From: Glycera tridactyla
Lineage: Eukaryota
Reading direction: 5' to 3'
Assembly (NCBI GenBank): GCA_965644265.1
Contig: OZ286476.1
Span: 34,038,001-34,102,000, forward strand
DNA length: 64,000 bases
Made by a program: the position numbers and the translations under genes. Below are positions 50,048 through 63,733 of this stretch, piece by piece. Numbering within the stretch: position 1 is the stretch's first letter; each line of letters begins with the position of its first letter. Below the pieces are notes generated by a model. It did no database searches. It was not told the DNA's origin and saw only the letters and a program-made list of their open reading frames with translations.

Positions 50048-50772
50048 TGTCATGGGATAGATAGCAGTAATACAGAGAAATCGGTGGAATTCAAAATTTA
50101 GTCCAACTTCAGGTTAATTGCGCTAACTTGGAATACGTGATTTGGGACACAGACACTACCGCAGACAATAGAGTGGGAGGGGAGTCAGGCAGACTTGGTC
50201 GAGACACAGAGAAGAGCGGACGGAGAGCTGGTTGTGGCGTGGTTCCTGGGGGCAGGTCGGGCCCAGAGGTCAAGTCCAAGATGGACGGAGGTTGTGGTAA
50301 TGTAGCTGCATGATTTTATCTGAACGCATAATATAGCTATAAGGAATTGGGAGTTATATTCCCATTGACATGTATATAACCCATGATGGGGATTTGCCCA
50401 GGCTAACACCAGATGGAATTTGGGAGAGTCATTCCCCAAAAGAAACTTTGGAACTAACCACTAGAAACTGCTTGACCGCATGAGGATGGATGGATATTGG
50501 ATCAACTGGATGTGTTGACCATGTGAGGTCAATGTCATGATTGTGATGTATTGAGAGTGAGAGAGGAAGGGCCATGAACTGACCATGATAACGGGCTATT
50601 CCATTCCAGTGGAGACACCTGTTGTTAACATCTATTGACACTAACCCTGAAGTCCAGGGGCACCCATTCAGTGCCCTCAGTGGTGACTAACCCTTGAGTA
50701 TTAAGAATGCCCATTTATATGCATTAATATATTAATTGGTAGTGTGCTAATATAATCGTGCATGGTAGCGAG
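50048..50772 (+). repeat. Candidate 5' LTR (TG...CA, 50048-50762) and primer-binding site TGGTAGCGAG
   Basis: TG..CA termini followed immediately by TGGTAGC-GAG, one base short of the animal initiator tRNA-Met complement TGGTAGCAGAG. No second copy in the window to confirm it. Confidence 0.35.
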
Positions 50773-51155
50773 AATTTGCGTCTTTGTTGGTTGGAGCTGT
50801 ATACACCATATGGCATCAGTTGACCTCGTAATACAGCTGTTGTTTAGACATGTCATCCAACCTAGCTAGTGAAGTTTGAGTATAGTCCAATCTGTCTCCA
50901 AATGATGGAGAAAGATCGGTGGTCAGTCTTATTAGAGCCTGAGGTAAATATCGCGCAACAAGTGCAAGAGTGGATCAATGACCAATTGATGTGTGAGTGT
51001 GGGGAGATTGACAGCAGTAATAATATTGATGATCAAGTAAGAAAAACTAATGGGAAAAGGAAGGGAACAAATAAGCTGAGGGAACCCACAAAGCAATTGA
51101 AGAAGGGATCAACGGAGAGCCTCAGGGAGTGAGTACAGGGAAGGTTGAGTGGACA

Positions 51156-51186
<31 letters not shown>

Positions 51187-51225
51187 TGACTGAATGATTG
51201 ATTGGTAGATTGATTTGATGATTGA
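51156..51225. repeat. (ATTG)n microsatellite in the Gypsy leader
   Basis: Direct inspection. Confidence 0.9.
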
Positions 51226-52262
51226 GTGGGACACAATAGCGGATGTCTATATAGCATACGGTGTGATTTGTCACCGACCCATGTTGAACAAGTAGCAGTT
51301 CAGCTTGATGGCAATCCAGGGGATAGACACATTTTATTGATTGATGGAGTGAGTACATTCTACCACCCTTGGGATTGGGATTTCCTTAACCACGGGTAGC
51401 ATAGCTAGGCAATAGAGATTGGGGAAAGGATTAATATCATTGATTCTATTGATTGATTTACTTATTTACTTGTGCATGTTGCTGTAATAAATTACTTGTA
51501 TAAAGCTTACTGGATCGTGGTGAGTTTTATTCTTCTCACATTTAACCCCCGTTGTTCGCCTCTTTGGAGGCTAGTCCTGGTAGCCAAGCGAGCACTTGTT
51601 ACTGTATCGGTCACTTGACCCCGTGACCCTTGAGGTAATAGCCTGAAGTCAGGCGAGTCAACCTCAAACTGGGTCACAGGGGCCACTAGCCTAAATATAC
51701 AGGTGCAAGCAGGACATGGTGGAGAATCAAATTTACTTGCTCGGGGCAAGTTGAAAATAAAATTACAGTAAAACATGTGATAAGCACAGGTTTGACTATG
51801 TAAGATGATAGAGTAATAGTAGCATGCAGCAAATGTAGAATAAGGCATCTGACTAATGAAATAAGTGGAATTCAAAGCATGATCAACAAAATTGATCTCA
51901 ATTGTGGAATTTTAATATGTCTTGGCCTGAGTGTCCTGTTGACATTTGTGTTGATTGGTTTATGGGTACACCTTATCGGTAAGTCCTGTGGATGAATTCA
52001 ATTGATTGAAGTGTTGAGAATTTCTTGCATGTTATACTATACAGAGCTACCTCATGCTGTGGAACTTTCTGCAAGTATAATCAATGGAGATTACAGGGTT
52101 TGAAATTGAAGGACCCACACCTGGAAGGATAGCCAGGATTCACAGACTGTTGAATAGATATATAGAGGAGTTAGTCATTGCTACATTGTTGATAACCTTG
52201 ATAGTAATTGTTGTAACCACCTTGGTTTGTTGGGTTCAAAAATATCATAGGTAGTTTGTTTG

Positions 52263-53950
52263 ATGAGTGGTGAACAACACACACGGCTTTGGTCAGGTAA
52301 AGTTTTCGGGCCGAAACCACCACAAGCTAGGTCGGCGGACAGTAGCCCGGCCAGTTCAGATTCAAAAAAGACAGGGGATCAACTTGACCACACTGGGAGA
52401 GCAAGTTTCCCAGGAGCAGATAGTGGGTATATATCGGGGCTCAGCACCACTGAGCCACCAACACCAAGTAGCGGGAGAGGGCAACTTGCTGGCTTGGCAA
52501 GTAGCACCCCTCGCCCGCAATATCGTCCAGGGGGGGCGTGGTTTGATCCTTGGCCAAGGGGGCCACGGAGAGATTTTTTTGGGCAAGCCGCCCACCAGGA
52601 GGAGCCTTGGGAAATACACCCCATAGCCTATAGGGGTGGCCCACGTGAGCAAGGGCAAGGATTTGTTAGAGATCCACCCGGAGAGAGTGGAGTAGGAGAG
52701 GATACCTTAGTGGAATCTTCAGACGAGTCTGACGACGAGGTACTCGAGACATTCACAGAAACAGGGAGACAGAAGCCTTTCAATATGGCAGGTTCATCAA
52801 ACAGCCTGAAATTGCGCCATTTCTCGGGGCGCACAGATGAGTCGGTGTTGGAATTTGTCGAGAAGTTCTAACACTATTGCATACTTCAGGATTGGGATGA
52901 GACCACTGGAGATGAGGCGAAAAAGAAAAAGATGTCGACGAAAATGAAGGCTGCATTATGCATAAGTCTAGATGGCATGGCCAGGTACTACGTGGAGAGA
53001 CAACTCCCGGATTGCGAGAATAAAACCTGCGCAGAAGTACTTGACGAATTGAAGAAGAAATACCAATCCACTCGAGTCGAGATCAACTACGCAGAAGAAG
53101 AAAGACTACAGACTAAAAAGTGGGAGAAGGGTCAACCCATTGAAGAGTATTATGAGGAGGTCATTCGGCTAGGTGACCGGCTGGGTAAGGCACCGCAAGA
53201 GGTCATGAACTGTTTCGCGCGCGGACTGCCAAACGCCTGGAGGATGTACTTGATGGCAAGCAGGCCATCAAACTTGCAAGATGCTCTTGATTTAGCGATA
53301 ACAGTCCAGGCTATGAATTTCAGTGAAGAAGATAACATTTTCTCCTCGGGAAAGGGCCAAAAGGGTCGAAAGCAAGCTGACCACTGGACGCATACGGTGG
53401 AACAACCAAGCGAGGAGACTAGTGCTTCGACCCGCGGGCGGTCATCATTCCAGCGAGGAAGAGGGTCACGAGGTCGGTTGACCCAAGGTCGGCAAACAAG
53501 TGCCAACATCAAGTGCTATGGATGTGGCAATTTTGGACACATAAGAGCAAACTGTCCGGAGCAAACACAGCGGGAATGTTACGAATGTGGGAAAGTTGGA
53601 CATATCGCCCGCGACTGTTACTCGCGAAGGCAGGTCAAGGCCGAGGGAATAGCAACCAGTTCAGGAATTGGCGAGGTGGCGGACGCCGAGTGAACACAAG
53701 CCGTGAGACAGGTGTGCCTTCGTGGATGGAACCGTGTATGCAGTGGATGGTAGAAGAGATGACAAAGAAGAGAGAACAACCAGAATTTACCCGGGGCAAC
53801 CAGCAAGGTCAGTGGAGTCAAGGTCAAGGTCAAGGTCAAGGTCAACAGAGGAGGCCCGCCCCAAGGGGAGTAAATGCAACATTTTCTGGGCCTAGTATGT
53901 CCGAAGGGGGTTGTGACCCGTATCAGGGGAATGGGGACGGGGCCCAGTAG
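52263..53950 (+). pseudogene. Gypsy gag (interrupted)
   Basis: LRHFSGRTDESVLEFVEKF*...SLDGMARYY; zinc knuckles CYGCGNFGHIRANC and CYECGKVGHIARDC; stop at 52869 and a frameshift near 53690. Confidence 0.9.
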
Positions 53951-54011
53951 AGTATGTCGCGTCATTGGACCCCCGGGGGCCTGATAATAATTTGGGCCAA
54001 GTGCGACAGCA

Positions 54012-57000
54012 ATGTACAGACCAGCTTGGGTCGGTGAGACCTACCACCGTTATCCCATCAAGGGAAGATTTGTTAGTAACAACCATGAATGGGAGAATCG
54101 TCAACCAACCATCCAGGGTGGGGGTCCCATGCCCGTTAATGAGAATATTCAGCCAGTGCAAACCCCAGAAGGGCAAGAGAAAAATGACGAAGTGCCAACC
54201 ACGGGCCTTGAGCAGAAGTATGTAAACGTTGTGAGCAGACTCAATGATAGACTCATACAGGGGGACGCGATACCCTTCATAGAAGTGAATATTGGACCAC
54301 TCTCCGTGGAAGCGATGATTGACACGGGCTCAAATATAAACATTATCAGCAGAACATTGTTTGACGAGATGAGACGTTCAGATTTGGTTGATGGCGTTCC
54401 TACGGGACCGGACACGCCAGGTAATACGGCAGGGCGTGGGAGCGTGAAAGTTAGTAGTGAAATTGGACTTAGTATGAAAATTGGCGGGCAAATTTATGGA
54501 ACGGAAGTGGTCATCATGCGGCCGAGTTTGACGCATCTTGTGCTCGGGATGGACTTCTTAGGCAAATATGTTGATGTGATATCCTGTGCAAAGTAAACAA
54601 TGACATTAAAGTTAGAGTCGCCTGTGGAAATCATTAAACCCGTGGAAATGCCTGCTTTCAGTGAATTGACGATTTGGGGACAAGTGAGCGGCGACATGTA
54701 TAATGGATTAGAAGGGACTTGTATACCTGTTAGTGATTTGGAGAATCAAGGGGTGTTGACAGCGCAGACTATAAGTCGGGTAGTGAACGGCACGGTGTCG
54801 GTCAGAATGGTAAACGCAAATGTTCGGAGAATAAAATTACCACGTGGACAGGTAATTGCTCGTTTTATTTCAGACTTGGATGATTACATTGAAGTACCGC
54901 TCATTGAACGGACCGAGGAAAATAATGACAGCTTCGCGGATAGGCGGAATGCCACAGCGCATGTGGCAATGAGGAGTAAGGTGCAGTCAGAGGAGGGCAC
55001 GTTTTTCAGCTATTTTGACTTTGACGATACGACATTGAGCGAAGATCAAGTACAAGAAGTGAAAGAGATCCTGTTGAAGTACAAATCGTCTCTTGTGTTC
55101 AAGTAGTCGCCCGAGATCGGAAATACTCATCTGATGAAGCACACAATTCGGCTAAAAGAAGGAGCCAAGCCATTCAAGGAGCGAGTGTACCGCATCGAGG
55201 GCACAAAGCGACTCGCCTTGAAGCACCAACTGGAAAGACTATTGGAATTGGGGGTCATAGAACCATCGAAGAGTGAGTTCGCTAGTCCCGTGATACTAGT
55301 CCGTAAGAAGGTTGAGGGGAAGTCACCTGGCGCCAAAGAGGGCACCCTTGAGCATTCTCTTGAGCACTATCGGTTTGTGACAGACCTAAGGCGCCTAAAT
55401 CAACAAATATACGGCGACGGGTACCCCAAGCCCATGATAAGACATTTGCAGGAAGATATCGCCTTCAAGGAGCCTCCGAAATTTTTGACAAAGTTGGACC
55501 TGAAGGATGCTTACTACTGTGTGGAGTTGGACGAGGAAAGTCGCCCCCTCACGGCGTTTGCGTGCGACTACGGATCAATGCAATACCGTAAGATGACGAT
55601 GGGGCTCAAGACAAGCGGAGCAACGTTTTCAAATCTGATACAGGTCGTTATGCAGGGCCTGAACTTCTGGGAAGTAGCTGCTTACTTAGATGACGTCATT
55701 ATTAGCTCCGGGGACTGGAATAGGCACCTTTGAATGATCAACGAAGTCCTGGGACGGTGAGAACGGGCTGGGCTGCGTTTAGCGCCGAAGAAGTGCAAAT
55801 TCGGAATGGAAAAGGTGCAATTCTTGGGGTTCGACGTGAGCGCAGACGGAATATCCATCAATGAGGGCAAGCAAAAGGTCATTCCGAAACTCACTGCACC
55901 ACAAATGAAGAAGCAAGTGAAGAGAGTGTTGGGAGCCTTGGGTTACTTTAGGCGTCATATCCCAGGCTTTTCTATTATAGCCAGGCCTTTATATGATCCA
56001 ACAAAAGAAGACGTACCTTTCGTATGGACGGGGGAGTGTGAGCACGCATTTCAAGAGCTGAAGAACAAGATGGTGGACCCGCCAATTCTGGTCTACCCGA
56101 GGCCTGATCTCCCATACATCCTGAACGTGGAAGCGAGCCATAAGGGTTTGGGATATTATCTGGGTCAGGAAATTCCAGAAAGTGAAATGCCAGGAGTCCA
56201 AAAACGCGTGAGAGAGGGCGTGATTGCGTATGGCAGCAAAAGCTTAAGGAGCTACCAGATGAATTATGGGTCAAGCGAGTTGGAATGCCTAGGGATTGTG
56301 ACAGCAGTCGACGAGTATGAATACTATTTGAGGGGGAATGTGTTCACCATCAAAACAGACAACAAGGCATTGACCACCATGCTGACACAGAAAACCCCCA
56401 CAACGAGATGGGCGAAGTGGATCGCCTTCATACAATGTTTTGACTTTGACGTGCAGTATGTACCGGGCCCGTCTAACCACATTCCGGATTGCCTATCGCG
56501 AATGGAGCCTGATGAAGATGACTGGGAAGAGGCAAGGGCGCCTGAGTTGGAAGATGCTTGTTTTCCATATACAGTAGATGAAAAGAATCAGAGGTCAATT
56601 GCAGTGACAACCAGATCACGTGCAAAGCAGAGGCTGGGTACAACTGAAGGGAAGAGCCAGCAGGAGAAAAGGACCCCTGATCATCTGAAGGAAACAGTGG
56701 ATACAGTCAAGAAGGCACCAAAAAATGGGGTTCCTCAACAGAAGCACCAGGGAAAAGAAGCCAGGGAAAGACAGCCCCAGGCACAGGGAGCAAACAAGGT
56801 GAGTGGGCCCAAGATACCTTTTGAGACAGAAAACCAGTTAGTATTGTGGGGGAAAGAGCGAGTACTCAGGGAACAATGGAGTGACCCACAGTGGGCACCC
56901 ATGATTCAGTATATAGAGACAAGACAGTTGCCAGACGATCAGAAGGAAGCCCGTCAGCTAGTGCTTGAAGCACCGGATTTTGAGCTCATAGATGGAGTTT

Positions 57001-58615
57001 TGTACCATACAACTGTCAAGAAATCACAGAGGGCCAATATGACATCCCCGCCAGTCTAGAGGATGAGTTATTGTTTAGTTATCATGACAGTAAACTGGCA
57101 GCCCACCCTGCTACACATAGGATGTTGGAGAGGATGAAGCCTAGGTATTTCTTTCGGAGCATGGGGAAGAAAATAATGGAGTATCAACGATCCTGTGTCG
57201 AGTGTCAGTTGAGGAGGAAGGGGGTGAAGATGGGAAAACCTTCACTAAACCCCAGGGACCCTCCCAGGGAAGCCCTAAACCATGTGATAGCTGATATATA
57301 TGGCCCTTTGACCCCCACTTATCAAGGGAACAGGTATGTGCTGACACTGGTGTGTGAATTGACGTCATATCTAGTTGCTATACCCCTGTGAGAGATTGAT
57401 AGTATGTCAGTAGCCCAGGCCATTTATGAGCATTTCATTAGCATATATGGACTGTTCACCAACCTGTTTTGTGACCAAGAGACAAACTTCACATTACGAC
57501 TGATGGAGAACCTGTGCAAAATTTTAGAGATACCCATAGAGACAGGATTAGCATATGTACACCATGTAACTGGTAAGGTAGAACGCCAGCATGCCAAAAT
57601 TGCTAATGCATGGGCACCATATCTGGACACAGATTTGAGGAACTGGGATGAGGTACTACCTGGGGTGGTTTTGGCATTGAATTGCACACCCCATAGTACA
57701 CTTGGTTATGCCCCATATAGTCCAGTTTTTGGGAAACTGCCCATGTTGCCGGTAGATGCAGTCATAGGAGCAGGTGCACTCTCAGAAAAGGAATGGGATG
57801 AAGACAGTGCACGTTATTTGCAACGACTGAGGGTCAAATTAGGTCAAGTAACAAGAATAGTCAGAGATAGGGTGTTAGACTATCACGGCAAACTGTGACA
57901 GGAGAGTGAAAACGAGTTAGAAAAGCTCTACTACCAGGAAGGTGCCATAGTGTATGTGAGGGATGAGCGGAACCTGCCGCAGAAGAAGCACAGGCCACAG
58001 GCCTTTGGACCCTTAGAGATAGAGAAAGTGTTGAGTGACCATACGGTAAGGTTGAGGTATCTAGATGGAAGACCCTTCCATCAGAGCAAAACACATATAA
58101 GTCTATTGAAACCTGGATTTTTGCGGCACAACGCGACAGTGCGATTCAAGCGACCTCAACTCTTTGACAGGAGGCAATCTGACGAGCCAGAGCCGGAGTG
58201 GAAAATTGTGGAGGGAAGCACAATGAGCCGTGAGGATGCTCACCAAGAAGTGGTGCGAGACGCATTAGAAGAAGCGAGTCAGGCAAGTGAAGAAGCTGCC
58301 AAAGAAGAAGTGGACAGGCCAGGTCAGGGACCTCAGCACAGTAGGCGGCTACAGAGAAGGCCAGAGCGTTACGGGGTCGGACAAGATGACCAGGGAAGTG
58401 ACCCTGGAGGACGAGAGTATTATGAAGTGAAGAATGTCTTGTCAGCTAGAGGCCCACCAGGGGATCAAGAGTACCTTATCAGGTGAAAGGGCTGGCCCAG
58501 CTCAGAGGCCAGCTGGTCCTACGCAAAGGATTTTACCCCAGCAGCACGGAGATGGGCTGAGAAGTTGTTCCCAGTCGACAAGCCTGGAAAGCCCGGGAAA
58601 AGAAGGGCAGTGTAA
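54012..58615 (+). pseudogene. Gypsy pol: protease, RT, RNase H, integrase, chromodomain (multiple stops, at least one frameshift)
   Basis: PR AMIDTGS; RT KLDLKDAYY, YLDD; RH YGSSELECLGIV, IKTDNKAL; IN H..H..CVEC, DIYGPL, CDQETNF, GKVERQH, AFGPL; chromodomain YYEVKNVL...EYLIR*KGW...ASW. Confidence 0.95.
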
Positions 58616-60779
58616 ATAATGATTCAATGAATAAACAGTGTTTGTATTGCTGACTAATGTGTTGTGTACATATGATTGAAACTGTGCCACTGGGGATGTG
58701 ATGGCAGAGAACCCCTGCGTTAGGGGATGACAACTTCAGGTGGTTGAGTTGATATACAAGTTGGTATAGAGTGGGTATCACAGTCAAACATGTGACTGGA
58801 CAAAAATGCTGATGGATGAATAACCAATGTATGCTTATAGCTGTTGTAGATCCACATCTGGGAACAGTGAGTAAGAGAGTGTTTGGAATAGGCTAATAAA
58901 TGAAAGCCTGAATGTGATGGGAAGTTGCTGCATACATAAGTTGGTTGTAGTTAAAGAGTTATTCATTGTGTGAATAGGAGTTAAGTTTATGAGTTGCTAA
59001 GTAAGGCAGGAATGCATGCAGAACGTGGCATGGTGATAGTTTGTGCCAAGTAATAGTGGTAAGAAGCCAAGAGAATGCTCTGTAAGGTGAGGCAGAGCTA
59101 GAAACTTTAATGCATGCCACAGTGTGTCCTGGTAAGTAGGACTGTAATGAAGGGGAACAGGCATGACATTAGTAATGGAATGATGCCTACTGTTGATTAA
59201 GGACTGCATGCATTGAATGGGATGAGGCATCTATGATTGAGTAAATCCCAGCAGGGGTGAGTATTCATGGGATTATTAGGCATGTGTTGACGTGGGTGCT
59301 AGTGATTGAATAGGTGAGAAAATCCATGTGTCCGGGGACGCCCGTGGCAAGCACCCAGCGTACTGGCCTGTAGAATGCCAGGAACAGATGGAAAGGTGAG
59401 GCAAATGATGTATTTTTTGACATGTGTGCATGACTGATGGCGAGTAATGGAAGGTTAGAGTATAGCCAGTCATATAACCCTGTATGGAGAGGGAGTGTTT
59501 CAGTAAGGCTGAGGCAGGGAGTCATGGAGATAGATAATCCATCTGGAGATGTGGAGATAAGCGACACAGGGCGAGGATCCTATCGGAAGGGAAACAATGT
59601 TGATGGGCAGGATATGCAAGAGAGGTGTAGTCAGACACTTTTGTAACCAGAGAGAAACATGTTTGCAGTTTTGAGATGCCCCCCCCCCCACCAGAAATAT
59701 ATGTGCTAGAGTGAATGGATTGGGTAAGTTGGAGTATGCCCATGGCAATGCATGGAAATATGTTAGAAGATGGATGGATGGACAAACAGACAGACAGACT
59801 GACAGCTGGACTAGCGGAGATGAGATTATGATCCTCAACTTGTTCCAATTTCTTCAGCAAGTAAATAATACAGCTGCTGACCAGATGGTTGCAGCTGGTG
59901 AGTGTGTGTGAGGCTGGAAGTAGATCACATATGATACACATGGACCAGTCTAGCGTGAGTGTGAGTGTGACTGCACAAAAGCATAATCATCGATTAACTG
60001 TTGCCACTGTGACCCCGCAAGCAAATCAATGAACTGTTGATTTATCAGTGACAGTGATTAGTATGGCTTTTGTGATGATCTGTGCTGAAATGTCACCAAG
60101 CCTGACCACAAAATCATGTGATCTTGTGCGATGGAAATGGGGCTGTGAATTTCATATCATGTAGTGAAAGAGGCCGAGATGAAAGGTGTTTCATTGGACC
60201 CTATTTGGGGATAGAAAATCTGTAATCAAATTCCAGGCTGCCAAATGAAATGGTCTTCAGTTGGAATTGTGAAAAGGCTGGGCAGATGGAGCCCGAGGTA
60301 TCAAAAATCCATCACAGCTGTTGCTATTCACCTTGTAATGAAGGTGACAGAGGAGTGATACAGGCCGATTCTCTTGAAAATTGGTGGGCACAGAAGATAA
60401 TGTTGCCAGAGCCTGGTGCAAATATTTTGGGCAGTAAAACAATGAACACCTCAAGCCTCTCATATCTCTTTCAGAGGGAGAAAATGTGTGAGAGTTGTGA
60501 GCCCCCTTAGAAGTGGGATAAGGTAACAAGTGTGACCATAATGAGGGAGGCATAACATAGTTAAGACACTAATTGGACTGTGATGAGTGTAGGGAGTATG
60601 AGCCTAGGATCAAGGCTTGCCTCTTTATACGCTGCAGGGAGATCCAGGAGCAGGGGAAATTTCTAGTTTTGCAAATTTGAATGAAATTTCATGGGGCAAA
60701 TTGTAGCCCAAGTACAGAGGAGACACAGGTGAAACCCTGGCCAGGTTCCACTACTTTCACCTCTGAAATTGAGTGGTTC

Positions 60780-61118
60780 AACCACCCCCAGGTTTGCTTG
60801 CTAACCTGGGAGTTAACACTTACCTGTTTCTCCATCAAATTATGCATTCATTCTCATTGAATCGCCCACTTCGAACTTTAATACAATTAAAAATCTTCTC
60901 TCAGATGTCACCCCAGCACTATCCGTTATCGCAGCGCTCCCCGTGCAAACCGGTGGAACTGCGCTCGCCACGTAAACAAACTCGCGCAAGCGCAACTCGT
61001 AAATAACAACAATATACACTATATACACACATAGGGGAGGATGGGAGGGAAAATCTCATTTGATGGAGAAACAGGTAAGTGTTAACTCCCAGGTTAGCAA
61101 GCAAACCTGGGGGTGGTT
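60780..61118. repeat. Perfect 61-bp inverted repeat (60780-60840 and 61058-61118) around a 217-bp core
   Basis: Arms match 61/61 by manual comparison. A third partial direct copy (TTTCTCCATCAAATTATGCAT) follows at about 61133-61153. Confidence 0.9.
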
Positions 61119-63713
61119 AACACACAACCTGGTTTCTCCATCAAATTATGCATACGCATGTAATCCTTCCAATATGACAATGGAATTGAACCAGTCATCC
61201 GACAGGCTTGTAGGAGTATTCCCTCCTCTTCCTTAAGATGCAACCTTGGCAAGAAGCTTATATCTGATTAAATTACCATTATCAAGAACAGCAGGAAGCA
61301 ATGTAAAGGTTAACCGGGCTTTTACCCCATTTATCCCAATGTCAAAATAAATGGCATTGCTCCTGTGGATCGATGTTCACAAAAATATATACGTTGTACT
61401 AAAAGATGTTAAAATGCGCGATCAGTATTACATGTTGAATCCCATTGTTTGCCAGCTCTAATGAAATCATAAATCTATAAAGACATCTCTTTCATCACAC
61501 AGGGAACTCAATTGTTGGTTCAAAAGTATAAGATGACACATAAATAGAGTTGTAGATACATATTTTAATTTGTATAAGTTCACATAATAGGTAGATTGTA
61601 AATGGTAGATCATAAATTGAATGAAGCAATATAAATTATCACAGTATCAAGTAGACAAAATGTCAGTTATACTCATGATGTAATGAATAAATTCATTTCA
61701 AATATTCAGATCTGAATCATATACAAATATGATAAATATGGATGAACTCGTGTTACATAAATACCAGTGGTATACCAGAATTTCTCAACTCACGACATAC
61801 TCATACACAAGATATTCATGGCCGAATGACAAAGTGAGGTACCTCTATGAGTTATACAAGTACACACCCAAACAGTCACACACTTGAGCTCAAACCCTTT
61901 TATAGTACTATCTTCTTTCTTGTTCCATCGTTGACTTGGGCGCTTGAGAAGTGGCCACTGCAGCTAGCTAGAAATATAAACAAAGTCAAAGACACGGTGT
62001 CTAGATAGTTAGTGCACTTTAGATATTTGACTTTAAAAGTTTGGGTTAAAGACCCACGATGCAAGACCGACTTTAAAAGTTAATATAGTGGTGGCCACCT
62101 AGTTGCACATGTGATGACGAACTCTGGTTATATATCCATATCAGCTAGAGACTGATGGTAGCTGATACTAGAACGCGTATCATTGATGGAAGTAGAAGTA
62201 AAGAGGAGACATCATTCCTCTCGAGTGAAGTAGCTCATCTCGTAAAGATAGCTATCAGCATCTCACCGTGTGAAGAGATTATGTCCTACACATCTCCCAT
62301 GTGTATAGTGTGTTTAACACACTAAAGAAGTGGTAGACGGCGACTAGGCATATCTGCCTACGTTAGTAGATTCCCATAAGCCTGGGTGGCGACGTGGGAA
62401 TGGAGTGGCCTGAAGAGTACGCACCTCTTCGATTTTACGACATCTCAGACGCGCTGGTCGCTGCAAGAAGATAAAAAAAAGTCTCCTACCAACTTGTCCA
62501 AGTATCATAAAGAAAAGTTTTAATTCAAAAATATCTTTAAACAACTCTAAGTTTTATTTTATGTTTGTTGCGTGCACTTAGTTACTTGCAGTTGCCAGAT
62601 CTATTATAGTGGGAAGGCAGGATCCCACTCTATTCCCCACTAACTAAATAGCATAAGAATTTAGCTTACAAGTTACCTTTGATCGAGTTACTAGAAATAT
62701 TTCAACATTCAGTTGAAGAGATTGTCAAAAGACAATCAGCAAGTATCACCGTTGAAAAGAAATCTCAATGCACTTAAGCCATTATCAACGGAGCAAGCAC
62801 TGAGCCAACTAAGTTAACCAATCAATGAACAAGGCATTAAAATATCATCAGCTGTATCAGAGAGAGCTAAGTTCACGGGGAATGAACTAGGAAGGCGATC
62901 ACACCAAGTCCTCTCTCAGTCAGCTGGGATCATGATGCAGCAGCAATACAGCGAAAAAGTTGAAGTCCAACTGTCTGCATGAAAAGAGCTAGCACGCTTT
63001 TCAAAATCAAAAATAGACAAGTCCTCATCAAATCAAATTCAAAAATTTGAATAAATTCTAAGTTAAGAATCCGAGATAGAGAAATCAATCTATTCAGAAC
63101 AGGTGGTCTTTGTAGACAGTATCAGATAAAGTCACCACTCACCGAAGCAAGAGGCAAGATCTGAAATCAACCCAAGTTCCCCCTCCCTTACACTGTGAGT
63201 ATGACCTACCTAACATAGACCGGAACGAACTAAGTCACAGCTGCAACAGCAGCGGGGTCTAAGTTCCGATCTACCAAGTCCGTGCTAAGTTCGAATTCTA
63301 AAATTCACCAAATCCCAATTTCAACTCATTTCAAGCCATTTGGTAATGTCTAAAGTCGAAATTAGTCATGTAATTCCAGAAATATAAGAGCGAAATGCAT
63401 TTACATGCAGTCCCATATGTCACAAACCTCAAACACAAATGTGCTTACTAGGTAAGACCATGAGTAAGTCCGGTAAGCACCGTGCTGAGTTTCAGTCAAC
63501 GCGCTAAGTCCGCGCTGTCAAATCACAAATAGCGCTAAAGCCAGCACACTGAAGTTCTACAAAAGCAATCCGCACATAACGAGAAACAATTCCGATCAAT
63601 TCTAAAGCATCTAAAAGCTTTTATCCAAAAGTGAAAAAGTTTCAAACTTGTTGAAAAGTGTAAAGTGGATCGGAAGCTCAAAGTGAGGCTCATACATGTG
63701 GCGGATGGAAATC

Positions 63714-63733
63714 CAAAATGGCGGATTGTTTAC
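63714..63733 (+). promoter_or_regulatory. YY1-like site (CAAAATGGCGG) with an adjacent forkhead-like TGTTTAC
   Basis: Exact sequence; same composite as at 15894. Function untested. Confidence 0.3.

Larger units (their letters stand above)
50048..60660 (+). mobile_element. Decayed Ty3/Gypsy LTR retrotransposon with C-terminal chromodomain; 3' LTR not found
   Basis: Domain order gag (2x CCHC), PR, RT, RH, IN, chromodomain. Outer boundaries are tentative. Confidence 0.85.

Noticed and set aside
49194-50101. Pro/His/Thr-rich ORFs
   Set aside because: Artefacts of the ACCC simple repeat.
31592-58486. TGA reassigned to Trp (seen at conserved Trp in both the LamG domain and the chromodomain)
   Set aside because: Intact ORFs and kinase exons use TGG for Trp throughout, and the Gypsy copy has many other stops. 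Ordinary G-to-A mutations explain both.
59521-59540. Start of a 3' LTR (GTCATGGAGATAGATA resembles 50049)
   Set aside because: Similarity stops after about 15 nt.
59940-60600. env-like extra ORF after the Gypsy integrase
   Set aside because: The best frame has about five stops in 150 codons, near random expectation, and no signal peptide, furin site or TM pattern.
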